Shown here piece after piece: positions 20,390-29,365 of a stretch of DNA of 49,280 nucleotides. How positions within the stretch are numbered: position 1 is the stretch's first letter; each line of letters begins with the position of its first letter. The notes beneath the pieces are model-generated. The model had not been told where the DNA came from. It was given only the letters and a program-made list of their open reading frames with translations, and made no database searches. A program made the position numbers and the translations under genes. The stretch is from a virus, in UHGV virus genome UHGV-0151084; one strand, written 5' to 3'.

Positions 20390-21109
20390 TTAACGAGAGA
20401 AGGTCTTAGAAAGAATGTCATCAATAGCCTTTGTGACTTCATCAGCAAACGCATCCTCACCAGCACGCAGCGCCACGCCATGCCAATCAAGACGCTGCGA
20501 ATAGTTAGGTTGCTGGATAAACGTAAGGATCAACGTAGGACGCCGCCCAACGCGCTGCCAGACGCCTGGTTGAAGCGGGTTACTTGTACCAGGTCGAACA
20601 ACAAAAAACTCCGTAGGCTTGCCCTGACGGCGATTTTGATGCGCATCTCGCTGAACTCTTAGGCCAGATAAGACCTGCTGTAATTGCCCCCGCGAAATAT
20701 TCCCGTATTTGTCCAGCTTTGCGCCGGGACCAGGAGCAAGCTGCCAGCCGTTAGGCAAATATCCACCAGCCCTTAGCGCCCCTTCTGAGCGTTTGTACTG
20801 TCGTTGGCCACCTTCGATTTGCGGAGTCAACGTTACAGGGGCTGGCGTTCCTCCCCATTCACGAGCATACACAATGGCTGTAGGATCACTCTTCTTTGCG
20901 GCCAAAACGTAAGTAGAGTTCTGAATCCACGGCGTGGGCCTGTCAAATACCCGATTAATTTCATTCTTAATCGCAGCCTGAGAAGCCTTTGCCGTTCTGG
21001 TTGCCGCAAGCGCCATTGCGAACGGCAATTCGCGTTCTTCAAGGCGCTGGAGTTGTCGTTGAATATCCTGAGAAGAAAAATCCATCTTTATCTCAATTCT
21101 GTCAGCCAC
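20390..21109 (-). CDS. Hypothetical protein
   Basis: 239 aa ORF; no motif recognised. Confidence 0.4.
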   Translation of the reverse strand: MADRIEIKMDFSSQDIQRQLQRLEERELPFAMALAATRTAKASQAAIKNEINRVFDRPTPWIQNSTYVLAAKKSDPTAIVYAREWGGTPAPVTLTPQIEGGQRQYKRSEGALRAGGYLPNGWQLAPGPGAKLDKYGNISRGQLQQVLSGLRVQRDAHQNRRQGKPTEFFVVRPGTSNPLQPGVWQRVGRRPTLILTFIQQPNYSQRLDWHGVALRAGEDAFADEVTKAIDDILSKTFSR

Positions 21110-21125
21110 CAGCGCCTCCTACACA

Positions 21126-22505
21126 CTACTTAATCAACGGCCGGAAAGCCGCCAGTACATCATCAGATCGTCCGATTGTTGAACCACCAGGCAACGGCAA
21201 CTCAAACTCAAAACGAACAGCTTTCTCCAGACTCGCCCAACTAAGGGAATCATCGTTAATGACGTGCAAATACCAGCTCTTACAGTTGAATATTGACCGC
21301 TTAATCCTGAAACCATGTACACGACACAACTGCTTCACTTCCTCATCAGAGTGAAACTTCTGGTAAAACCAGTGCCCCTTCCGGTACAACGCGGTAAAAC
21401 CGTTATGATCAATAAAATAAAGCCGGCTTTTGGAACTCGCCGCTTGTGTCTGCTTCAGGACTGTTTCCAGCTCTCCACGGCTACGGCCAGAAAAGAATAT
21501 TGACCCACCAGCTTTACACAGCCCTTTCAGAACCGTCAGAACGGACCATTCAGCCTCGACACTATCGACCGAGTTCAAAACGCTATCGCAAATCACGTAG
21601 TCGTAACGCCCTCGCGTTTTTAAGTCGTCCACCAGCGTATCAATCATCCGGTTTGTTGCGGTCCTATCCAGAGTGTTTCCAGCGCCCTTACGGCGGAAAA
21701 GCTCAAGATCATGCAGGTTATATCCCTTTGCCCTGAGCATTCGCGCGTAGTCTCCCTGACCCGAACCAAAATCAATTCCTCTTGGCGTCTTGGCAATGAT
21801 CGGGAGGATCAACGACTCATACAGGTTTGATTTCAGGCTGCCACCATTACGCAACCGCATAAGCTGCGCATACGTCTGGATGTATGTTGTTTTCTCCAGA
21901 TGAGAATACTCAAATACACCATAAGTTTTATTCAGATAACTTTGGTATTTTTCCTTCTCAACATCAGGGATCACAAACACCGTTAGCGGTGTGCGCGTCA
22001 TCTTCGCTGCTAATGCATACTGAGCACAGTGAATAACCTCGCCAGACTGAGTAGCAACACAACCACCCCACGGACCATACTTGATAACCAGTTCCGCTAT
22101 GTTCTTTCGAACATATGCCATTTTCGCGCGCATATTGCCTGAGATCTGGCTTGCCGATACCTGAACAAAACCATGCTTATCTTCCAGACCGGACACCCTG
22201 CAACGCTCATCTCCGCTGTCAAAATCCGTTCCGTTATGCAGTTGGTTAAACCGTACTTCGTCGTATACCGTCGTTTCACAGGGCAACACATACACCGCAG
22301 CACGCGTTATTCCCAACTTACGTAGCGCCTTCGTCCTTTGGTGTCCCGCCACCAGCAAATCGCCGCGCACTATCAATGGCTTCACAAGCCCCAGCTCCCT
22401 GACGCTTTCCGCCAGCCTCGCAAGATCATCCTCACCGATAAAACGCGGGTTATATTCCGCGCCGCGTAGGTGCGTTATGTCGTAATTCAGGTGAAGCATC
22501 AGCAC
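21126..22505 (-). CDS. ParB-like N-terminal domain fused to class I SAM-dependent methyltransferase
   Basis: 459 aa; N-terminal ParB motif (LLVAGHQRTKAL); C-terminal half with SAM-binding motif IDFGSGQGDY and DYVICD. Confidence 0.7.
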   Translation of the reverse strand: MLMLHLNYDITHLRGAEYNPRFIGEDDLARLAESVRELGLVKPLIVRGDLLVAGHQRTKALRKLGITRAAVYVLPCETTVYDEVRFNQLHNGTDFDSGDERCRVSGLEDKHGFVQVSASQISGNMRAKMAYVRKNIAELVIKYGPWGGCVATQSGEVIHCAQYALAAKMTRTPLTVFVIPDVEKEKYQSYLNKTYGVFEYSHLEKTTYIQTYAQLMRLRNGGSLKSNLYESLILPIIAKTPRGIDFGSGQGDYARMLRAKGYNLHDLELFRRKGAGNTLDRTATNRMIDTLVDDLKTRGRYDYVICDSVLNSVDSVEAEWSVLTVLKGLCKAGGSIFFSGRSRGELETVLKQTQAASSKSRLYFIDHNGFTALYRKGHWFYQKFHSDEEVKQLCRVHGFRIKRSIFNCKSWYLHVINDDSLSWASLEKAVRFEFELPLPGGSTIGRSDDVLAAFRPLIK

Positions 22506-23122
22506 ACCTCCCCTGCCAGCAATGCGGATACAAATCCGATATAGCTGCCATTATCATCAACATAACGAGATACCGCGCAGTCAAAACGATCCGCTTCCTC
22601 ATCCGTTGCCGGGATTTTATGACCTCCAAATGACAGGTACTGAACTTTTACGCCTGATTTGGCCTCATCCTTCTCAAATGGGATATCCATACCTTCTGTG
22701 TCATCGTAGACCGCCGCACTCAATAAGTTATCCAGTTCGCGCTGAGTAAAACCAATTGAGTCCAGAGCAAAATCATCGGCCGCAAGATCTGCAAGCTCCG
22801 CGCTTAACAACTCTTCATCCCAACCAGCATTCAGCGGAATACGGTTGTCGGCCAGACGATATGCCTTCTTCTGATTCTCCGTTAGCCCTTCCAGAACAAT
22901 GCAGGGAACATCATCCATCCCCAACTGAGTGGCCGCAGCAATTCGACCATGACCAGCAATTACAACGTTGCTTTCGTCTATCAGGATCGGATTAGTCCAT
23001 CCGTACTCCTGTATGCTGGCAACAATCTGATCTACCTGCTCCACGGAGTGTGTGCGAGCGTTCTTTTCATAACCAATCAACACAGAAAGTGGTAAAGAAA
23101 CCACATTAAGATGTTTTGTCAT
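22499..23122 (-). CDS. ParB/Srx-like nuclease domain protein (paralog of 19242..19832)
   Basis: 207 aa; clearly alignable to the 196-aa paralog (ARTHSVEQVDQIVASIQEYGWTNPILIDE, IAGHGRIAAA). Confidence 0.7.
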   Translation of the reverse strand: MTKHLNVVSLPLSVLIGYEKNARTHSVEQVDQIVASIQEYGWTNPILIDESNVVIAGHGRIAAATQLGMDDVPCIVLEGLTENQKKAYRLADNRIPLNAGWDEELLSAELADLAADDFALDSIGFTQRELDNLLSAAVYDDTEGMDIPFEKDEAKSGVKVQYLSFGGHKIPATDEEADRFDCAVSRYVDDNGSYIGFVSALLAGEVC

Positions 23123-23357
23123 GCCGTTTATCCGCTAAAATCCCCTCGCTTGTGCAAGCAAGTGGGCCTCGGTTTGTATCCACGGCACCCTGTGGGTATG
23201 AATGACTGTCGTCAGGTCGCAACTGACGGCGGTCGCCCACCTTCCTGTAAATAAAAAAGCCACCAGCATTAACTCCACAGCGAGCTGGAGTTAATGAGGC
23301 AGCTTTGGTTTGCGCATTATCGCAGCCCCTGATAGGCACAAGAGCTGCTGTAATGCG

Positions 23358-23768
23358 TTACGCAGGGATCAAACGGAGGCAGCCGTTATTTACCTCAATA
23401 CGAGAGTATTCCGGCTTACCATCAACGATTCCGGTAATGACAAGTTCGCCATCAGATGAGCATTCTTCTTCGTCGTCTTCAAGTACCGCGCCTTCTGGCA
23501 AATCAATACAGGCAAAAACAGGGCAGCCAGGATGACGTTTATCCTCCATCGCAATCAGCATCGACTCACCGAACCACTCTGTGGTAGCACGGCCATCAGC
23601 CGCCTGATAGTGAATCAGATACTGGTTTTCGCCATTTGCATACTGAGCACGGGCTTGAACTTCTCCCCATTCGTCACTGATACGCATTGTTACCAGTTGG
23701 GATAATTCAAACTTAAACGGAACAGACTCTGCACCAATGGCAATCGGTTTATCTTCTTTCTTTTCCAT
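23358..23768 (-). CDS. Hypothetical protein (start moved to internal ATG with AGGTGA RBS)
   Basis: Track ORF 23358..23837; internal Met at 23768 has a good Shine-Dalgarno and a terminator hairpin lies just upstream. Confidence 0.4.
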   Translation of the reverse strand: MEKKEDKPIAIGAESVPFKFELSQLVTMRISDEWGEVQARAQYANGENQYLIHYQAADGRATTEWFGESMLIAMEDKRHPGCPVFACIDLPEGAVLEDDEEECSSDGELVITGIVDGKPEYSRIEVNNGCLRLIPA

Positions 23769-23966
23769 AACATCACCTGAAAATAAAAAGCCCCGCGACA
23801 CCGCGAGGCTGTAAGAGTTACTTTCGATAGAAATCAAGGCGCATTTGCTCCCGCTTAAGCCGAAAAGCTCTCTGCGCCACTAAGATGCGCCACAGGACAC
23901 CAGCAATAACCACCAGCGAGATACAAAAACACACGGCCACAACCATCAGAAAAATGCAAAGACCAT

Positions 23967-24179
23967 TCATGAAACTATCCATTTTTCAATGAATACCTCC
24001 AGTAATATCAAGAGATACGCCGTACCCAGCGCGGTTCCTACCGATATAGCTAAGACAAACCTCAAAGATAACGAGGTGTCTTTCGCTTTTCTCCAGACGT
24101 AAGCGCCAGCCAGAAATACCAACAAATCTCTTATTGGAAGCGGAAACCAGAACAAATCACTCGGCATAAGCACGATCAT
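23967..24179 (-). CDS. Small membrane protein
   Basis: 70 aa, two hydrophobic segments. Confidence 0.3.
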   Translation of the reverse strand: MIVLMPSDLFWFPLPIRDLLVFLAGAYVWRKAKDTSLSLRFVLAISVGTALGTAYLLILLEVFIEKWIVS

Positions 24180-24456
24180 CTTCCGCTGCTGATTTACACG
24201 CCGCAGTTACTGATATATTGATAACCGGTGCGCTAATCGTGATGGACGACGCTGTCGGTTGACGCGATATAACTGAACGATGGCTATCAAGGAAGTCCAC
24301 AATCTCATTCAGGCACTCTTTAGCTGCCTCATCGTGACTTTTTCCGTATGCTTCATGGAGGACTTTCATCCTCATCATTGCTCCGTCACATATAGTCGAA
24401 AGCGCGTAAAGCACATCACTAGCCGCCATTTCTTTTTTGGTGCTTGTCGAAGGCAT
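24157..24456 (-). CDS. Hypothetical protein
   Basis: 99 aa ORF. Confidence 0.35.
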   Translation of the reverse strand: MPSTSTKKEMAASDVLYALSTICDGAMMRMKVLHEAYGKSHDEAAKECLNEIVDFLDSHRSVISRQPTASSITISAPVINISVTAACKSAAEDDRAYAE

Positions 24457-24530
24457 CCCATGTTCTCCTTTGTCTGGATGTAAAAAAGCCCCGGCAATTG
24501 CCGAGGCTCGTTGTTCGTTATCGTTACGGT

Positions 24531-24731
24531 TTAATGCTCGCGTCGTCCGGCGACAACTTCGGATTTGTATTTCAGGTCGCCCAGCAAAAATTGCAGTTTA
24601 AGCATCTTTGCCGCCGTGTAGTTCCCTGATTCCACAACCTCTTTCATGAGGTCATAAACGGCCGCAACATCATCAGCCAGGAACTCTTTGCGTTGCTGCT
24701 CAGTCGCACGTTTGAAGGAAATACGCATCAC
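24531..24731 (-). CDS. Hypothetical protein
   Basis: 66 aa ORF, overlapping stop/start with upstream gene. Confidence 0.3.
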   Translation of the reverse strand: MMRISFKRATEQQRKEFLADDVAAVYDLMKEVVESGNYTAAKMLKLQFLLGDLKYKSEVVAGRREH

Positions 24732-24997
24732 TCATCATCTCCTGCCGCACATACAACCTCACAAAAAACATCAGCGGAATGTTTCTTTTTGAATGAATGG
24801 CGCTCAAAACCGCACTCAATATCAGGCGCAAAAACATCCACCACATACGGTCTTTCAGAATGTTTGTTTTCCCAACGATAAACCGTAGTGACGTTGAAAT
24901 GTTTTAACGCTTCACGGAACTCAACGCTGCCCGTCAGGTTTTTTGAGGTCAGGTATTGCAGGAGGCTTTTTACTACTTCACGGTCTTGTACTTTCAT
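24728..24997 (-). CDS. Hypothetical protein, first gene behind copy 1 of the repeated promoter module
   Basis: 89 aa ORF; ATG preceded by GGAGATAACCCG as in the two other module copies. Confidence 0.45.
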   Translation of the reverse strand: MKVQDREVVKSLLQYLTSKNLTGSVEFREALKHFNVTTVYRWENKHSERPYVVDVFAPDIECGFERHSFKKKHSADVFCEVVCAAGDDE

Positions 24998-25115
24998 CGG
25001 GTTATCTCCGGTTTAGCCAGGGCGGGTATCGCTCGGTTTCGGGTATAACCATAGGAAATTTTTTCCCACCTGTAAAGCAATTTTTATATAAATATATAAT
25101 TATATAATTCTATGC
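24998..25115 (-). promoter_or_regulatory. Repeated promoter/leader module, copy 1
   Basis: About 105 bp near-identical to 32517..32640 and 42106..42225; contains TTTACA, AT-rich palindrome and conserved leader ending in RBS. Confidence 0.6.
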
Positions 25116-25697
25116 CACTTGCCAGAGAGCATCATGCAACTGGATACCTCCATTGCACTGGTTGCCCCAGCCATGCCAGCCATCAGGTAAATCACCGCGA
25201 GCAAACAGCTCAATACGGGGAACATCACCTAACAGCCTTACCAGCTTGTCACGAACCACATCAGGCTTCCGAGAATGCTCCAGACGAGGCGATGTAAACG
25301 ACTGAATGATCCCCGCATCAAGGCGGGTCGGCAGTTTGCCTTTTACCGCAAACAAGCAATCTTCACTGTTTGCACGAGTCATATGCCCCATCCCCATCAC
25401 CAGCTTATCTGGTTGTCGGCTACCACATTTGTTCCATGTGAAGCCCTTCATGGTCATCAGCCTGAATCCCCATGCTTTCACCACCAGCAACGCTTCTTCT
25501 GGCTGAGTCGGAACCCACCACATGGCCAACAAACACGATTCAGGATTAGCAAGCTGCCAGACAGGAATACGAGCAATATCCTCAGCTTTCATCGTTGGAT
25601 ACTTAAAACCAGCGCCACGATTCCCATCCTTACACTTGTCTTTGTATTCCCAGGGGGGATCTGCATAAATCAGATTAAACAATGCAATTGCCTCCAT
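25110..25697 (-). CDS. MT-A70 family N6-adenine DNA methyltransferase
   Basis: 195 aa; catalytic DPPW motif (LIYADPPWEY). Confidence 0.8.
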   Translation of the reverse strand: MEAIALFNLIYADPPWEYKDKCKDGNRGAGFKYPTMKAEDIARIPVWQLANPESCLLAMWWVPTQPEEALLVVKAWGFRLMTMKGFTWNKCGSRQPDKLVMGMGHMTRANSEDCLFAVKGKLPTRLDAGIIQSFTSPRLEHSRKPDVVRDKLVRLLGDVPRIELFARGDLPDGWHGWGNQCNGGIQLHDALWQVA

Positions 25698-26016
25698 GTT
25701 AGTTGTGTCTCCGGCGCTTATCTCCGGCAGTCATAACGCTGGCCAGCTCTACAGCAAACACAACGAAAAGGGCACTAACCAGACTGATTAATGCCCTTGC
25801 CTGTTGTGTGCCGGATATCGCCCGACAACGCTGTTTTGGTAACACGGCTACAGTTCCGTGCCGCTCCAGCTTTTACCCCTTTGCGGATAACAGGCCCTGC
25901 CTGTAACTTAGCCCCACGTTCGCCCGAAATGCGCACCAGGCACGCATAAAGATGAGCATAAAGATGAGCACGAAGAAGTAACTCCACCGCGCTTATCTTT
26001 ATGTGTGAGAGTGAAT

Positions 26017-26092
26017 TGGTGGCCCCTACCGGATTTGAACCGATGACCGTGCGATTATGAGTCGCCTGCTCTAACCACTGAGCTAAGGGGCC
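26017..26092 (-). tRNA. tRNA with anticodon CAU (tRNA-Ile2 / Met-type), CCA encoded
   Basis: Minus-strand 76 nt GGCCCCTTAGCTCAGTGGTTAGAGCAGGCGACTCATAATCGC...GGGGCCACCA folds as cloverleaf; acceptor, D and anticodon arms match the enterobacterial tRNA-Ile2 pattern as I recall it. Confidence 0.85.
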
Positions 26093-26261
26093 ATATTTGA
26101 TTTGTTTGTCTGGTGTGGCGCCGCGCACGAAAATCCCAGCCAATAAATTCAGGATTTTTGGGCGCGGCGGCATATCAGACAAACATGGTTGATGCGTGCG
26201 CCCATGAGAAAAGCGCATAGAATGTTGTAACTATATATTTATATAATTATAGAAATATATA

Positions 26262-26471
26262 TTACTTTCGGCAGTTGATTTCCCATGCCCTGTTATGAGC
26301 CAGAATATCTTTCTTTGTCTGGCGGTCCATAACATCGATGTCGTGATCAGTCAGGTAGATGGGCTTTACCCAATCACAGGCGGTATCAACCACCACCGGG
26401 ACGCTTCCACGACTCCCGCAGCTCGCGATCAACATCGTCATCAGCCATATGGTTAACACTCTGCTGTACAT
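26262..26471 (-). CDS. Outer-membrane spanin (Rz1-like lipoprotein)
   Basis: 69 aa with signal peptide and lipobox-like LIASC; overlaps the 3' part of the i-spanin in another frame. Confidence 0.6.
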   Translation of the reverse strand: MYSRVLTIWLMTMLIASCGSRGSVPVVVDTACDWVKPIYLTDHDIDVMDRQTKKDILAHNRAWEINCRK

Positions 26472-26664
26472 TCCCCACCTCTTTTGTCACTTCTATACGC
26501 CGCTCCGCAGTGGCTTTTACGGCGGCTGCATTCTCATTAATGCGCTGCTTTTCAGCTTCATCTTCGGCCTTTTCTCGCCCCTTCATACGACCAAAACCAA
26601 ACGCGCCGAATGCAACCAATATAATTGTGCCAATAAATGACAAAACGGCCTTCAAACCAGTCAT
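26386..26664 (-). CDS. Inner-membrane spanin (Rz-like)
   Basis: 92 aa; N-terminal TM helix then charged coiled-coil; downstream of endolysin. Confidence 0.6.
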   Translation of the reverse strand: MTGLKAVLSFIGTIILVAFGAFGFGRMKGREKAEDEAEKQRINENAAAVKATAERRIEVTKEVGNVQQSVNHMADDDVDRELRESWKRPGGG

Positions 26665-27203
26665 ACCACCACTCGCTCTTTCATCCAGCCGTAGACAAAC
26701 GACTCATTAGCCTCGCGCTTCTCCGCCAACTCCAGATAGCGTTCGCCCTGCGTACAGTTCAGCGACGTCAGCATCACCCGTTCGCCGTCTTTTCCCCGAT
26801 TCCCAAGATAAGCACGCAGCGCATTAATGGTACGTGGACCGATTCGTCCGTCTGCATCCAAATCGGGATACAGCTTCCCGCGCAGGTTGAACACATTCAG
26901 CCAGCGTTGAAGCATTTTTGACGCCACTGTTGGCCCCATGTTCACCCCCGTGTCACACAGCTCTGCGGCAATATCAGAGGATAATGCGGCAACCTGATCA
27001 AAGCGTGGTCCGTACCAGTAATCAGCCTCAAGGATTTCCAGTGCCTGTTCGCGGGTTAAATCGCGCATATCGCCACGGTATCCATGAGCACGGGCAGTGC
27101 TCTGAGTAATGCCCCACTTTGTTGGGCCTCCCTTGTCGTCAGGGTGATCCACATAGCCGCCCTCTTTTCCAAGAATGCTGTTAAAAATCTCATCTTTGGT
27201 CAT
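26661..27203 (-). CDS. Endolysin, GH108-like N-terminal domain plus peptidoglycan-binding domain
   Basis: 180 aa; EGGYVDHPDDKGGPTKWGIT motif characteristic of GH108 phage lysozymes. Confidence 0.8.
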   Translation of the reverse strand: MTKDEIFNSILGKEGGYVDHPDDKGGPTKWGITQSTARAHGYRGDMRDLTREQALEILEADYWYGPRFDQVAALSSDIAAELCDTGVNMGPTVASKMLQRWLNVFNLRGKLYPDLDADGRIGPRTINALRAYLGNRGKDGERVMLTSLNCTQGERYLELAEKREANESFVYGWMKERVVV

Positions 27204-27522
27204 GATTAAATCCTAATGCGTCAACTATCCGCGCCAGATTGCCCCTGAAATACAGAACAACGATGCAGATAATCAGATTTCCAATAACCACCAGCCAGTG
27301 GGATTCTTGATAAAGACCGAACACGTAACGGAAGGGAACATTGGCGTATACAATGACGTAGATATAAGCCAGAAAGGAAACAAATGGACGATGCCTTGAG
27401 TCTTTCCGTCGATAAAACATCAGCGCCATTACTATTACTGTGCAAAGCACCGCATTAATCAGTGCTGACGGGTCACTGCTTACCATTTGAACCCCCTCCA
27501 CGTAAGCGGGAAAGCATTCCAA
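27190..27522 (-). CDS. Lysis-associated membrane protein (holin/antiholin-like)
   Basis: 110 aa with 3 predicted TM segments between holin and endolysin. Confidence 0.45.
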   Translation of the reverse strand: MECFPAYVEGVQMVSSDPSALINAVLCTVIVMALMFYRRKDSRHRPFVSFLAYIYVIVYANVPFRYVFGLYQESHWLVVIGNLIICIVVLYFRGNLARIVDALGFNHDQR

Positions 27523-27868
27523 AGATGCTACCGAGATCCTGGCTGTTTACGAACGTGAGGATTTTAATTGTCAATGCAGCCACAATAACCGCACCAAGCG
27601 CATCCAGAGGACGATCGTTGTAGCTGGTCCATTTGGCAAGAAATGAGCCAACTAACGGCGCTCCAATCACTCCAACAATGAACGATGTAAAGAAATAGCC
27701 AATCAGCTTGAGACGGCTAATATTCACCGCTGTAGCAACATAGAAAACAGCGCCAGCAAATGCCCCGAATACAACGCCGTAATCAATACCAGTTGCAATA
27801 CCAAAAACACTGGCACCCATCAGGCCACCAGCAGCAACGGCCGTACCGGAAATTGGTTCTGCTGACAT
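27473..27868 (-). CDS. Putative holin
   Basis: 131 aa, multiple glycine-rich TM helices, first gene of lysis cassette. Confidence 0.55.
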   Translation of the reverse strand: MSAEPISGTAVAAGGLMGASVFGIATGIDYGVVFGAFAGAVFYVATAVNISRLKLIGYFFTSFIVGVIGAPLVGSFLAKWTSYNDRPLDALGAVIVAALTIKILTFVNSQDLGSIFGMLSRLRGGGSNGKQ

Positions 27869-27881
27869 TGAAATCCTCGTT

Positions 27882-27912
27882 AAAAAAAAAGCCCCGCCGA
27901 AAAAGGCAGGGC
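27882..27912 (-). terminator. Rho-independent terminator immediately upstream of lysis cassette
   Basis: Minus-strand RNA hairpin GCCCUGCC/GGCGGGGC (one G-U) followed by U9. Confidence 0.6.
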
Positions 27913-28254
27913 TTCATAAAGCAACAAATTACGCGGTAATCGCTTAACGCAGTTTTACTACGTTAAATGAAACACTACACCCAGTTACCACCTAAAACAA
28001 GGTTTTCCCATAAAAAAACCTTCAAATCGTGGTTAATTGATCAATAAAAAAACAATACTCAACTTTTTACCAAACGAACATCCCGGCCAGGACTTCCATA
28101 ATATTCGCCGATATGCCACTGCTTAAGTTGAGTAATCTTCTCCAACTTAACTCCCACAGAATCCAATTTCTGCCATGTTTTCGGTTGTATGTGCCTCATT
28201 ACCCGCTCTGAATATCTGAATACTGCTCGTAATCGCATGGCTTCTCACTACAGC

Positions 28255-28674
28255 TTATATATGCTCACGACTGGACTTCCAGAATATCCACGCCAGATCA
28301 ACATTCGGGTCCTGGTAATTCATACCTTCGTTGGCACGAAGCAATAATGTTTCATGGTTTTTATCACCCGCATGAAACCTGACAAGTGCTTCGAACTTTT
28401 CGCGACCATCATCCGGCACTACCGGCGCAGGTGAGTCAGCATAAACAGGAATAACGTCCGGTTGCTCTTTATTGCTTTCATCCGTTAAAGCCCAGAATAA
28501 TTTCCCGGCCGGATGTTTGAAAATATAAGCAACTGGTTCTGCTTCCAGTGATGCCAGAGCAATTCGTGCCAGTTCTTCCGCTTCTTCTGCTGGCAGTACA
28601 ACGTTGCTACCCGGTCCGTATGTTTCGCGCCACTGCTTGATTGTCAGCAGTCGCTCTTTGGTAATAGTGATCAT
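28255..28674 (-). CDS. Hypothetical protein
   Basis: 139 aa ORF. Confidence 0.4.
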   Translation of the reverse strand: MITITKERLLTIKQWRETYGPGSNVVLPAEEAEELARIALASLEAEPVAYIFKHPAGKLFWALTDESNKEQPDVIPVYADSPAPVVPDDGREKFEALVRFHAGDKNHETLLLRANEGMNYQDPNVDLAWIFWKSSREHI

Positions 28675-29186
28675 GCCGCGTTTCCTTCTTTCTTATTAAC
28701 AATTACACCGTCATATATTTCATTAAGGTGCCCTCTCAACTCCATGCGCCTTAATGCAGATAACATGTAATCGCATTCAACCTGCTTATTCCCAATAAAA
28801 GGTTTATCTTCAGGGTTACCCCAACAGCAATTCCCCTTGGGCCATCCATGTACTTTCCGTACTCTTCCGTTAACAACGTGAAGTAATCCCCAGCCGGGAG
28901 GTAAATCCTCAACTGAAATAATTCCCGGCTCACTAATAAAGAATCGCCAGTCGCCCATGCCAAGTGAGGGATTTTTACGGAAACGCTTTTTTCTATCTGC
29001 CAACAAATCAGCACGAGAACACTTCGCCTCTATCAGGCATGATGCTGAATTTCTGAATCCCATAGCATCTGGCTGTTCTCCGGTACTGGTTACAGCTATA
29101 AAGCGGTCATGAAAACAAACCTTGAACCCGTTGCGCTTAAGGAACTTGTACGCAATCTGACAGAGTTCGCGGTGTGTTAACGCCAT
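28671..29186 (-). CDS. Putative PD-(D/E)XK-type nuclease-like protein
   Basis: Start placed at ATG 29186 with AAGGAG RBS (track ORF extends to 29312); motif CLIEAKCSRADLL resembles E-x-K nuclease core. Confidence 0.45.
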   Translation of the reverse strand: MALTHRELCQIAYKFLKRNGFKVCFHDRFIAVTSTGEQPDAMGFRNSASCLIEAKCSRADLLADRKKRFRKNPSLGMGDWRFFISEPGIISVEDLPPGWGLLHVVNGRVRKVHGWPKGNCCWGNPEDKPFIGNKQVECDYMLSALRRMELRGHLNEIYDGVIVNKKEGNAA

Positions 29187-29365
29187 ATCACTCTCCTTTA
29201 GTGCGCAAGTGGTTTTTCCAGCGGTTTTGCGCCGCGCTTCTGCTCCGCCAGACACCGTAAAAACGAATAGAGGAACACCCCCTAAAACCCAGATATCTAT
29301 AGTAAATAACAAGCCGATTTGAGATACGGATACGCTGCCCGGGCTTTGCTATCAGCATCTTTGCC

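Noticed and set aside
25775-26218. Minus-strand ORF of 147 aa overlapping the tRNA
   Set aside because: It spans the tRNA gene and its flanks; the tRNA cloverleaf is the supported feature.
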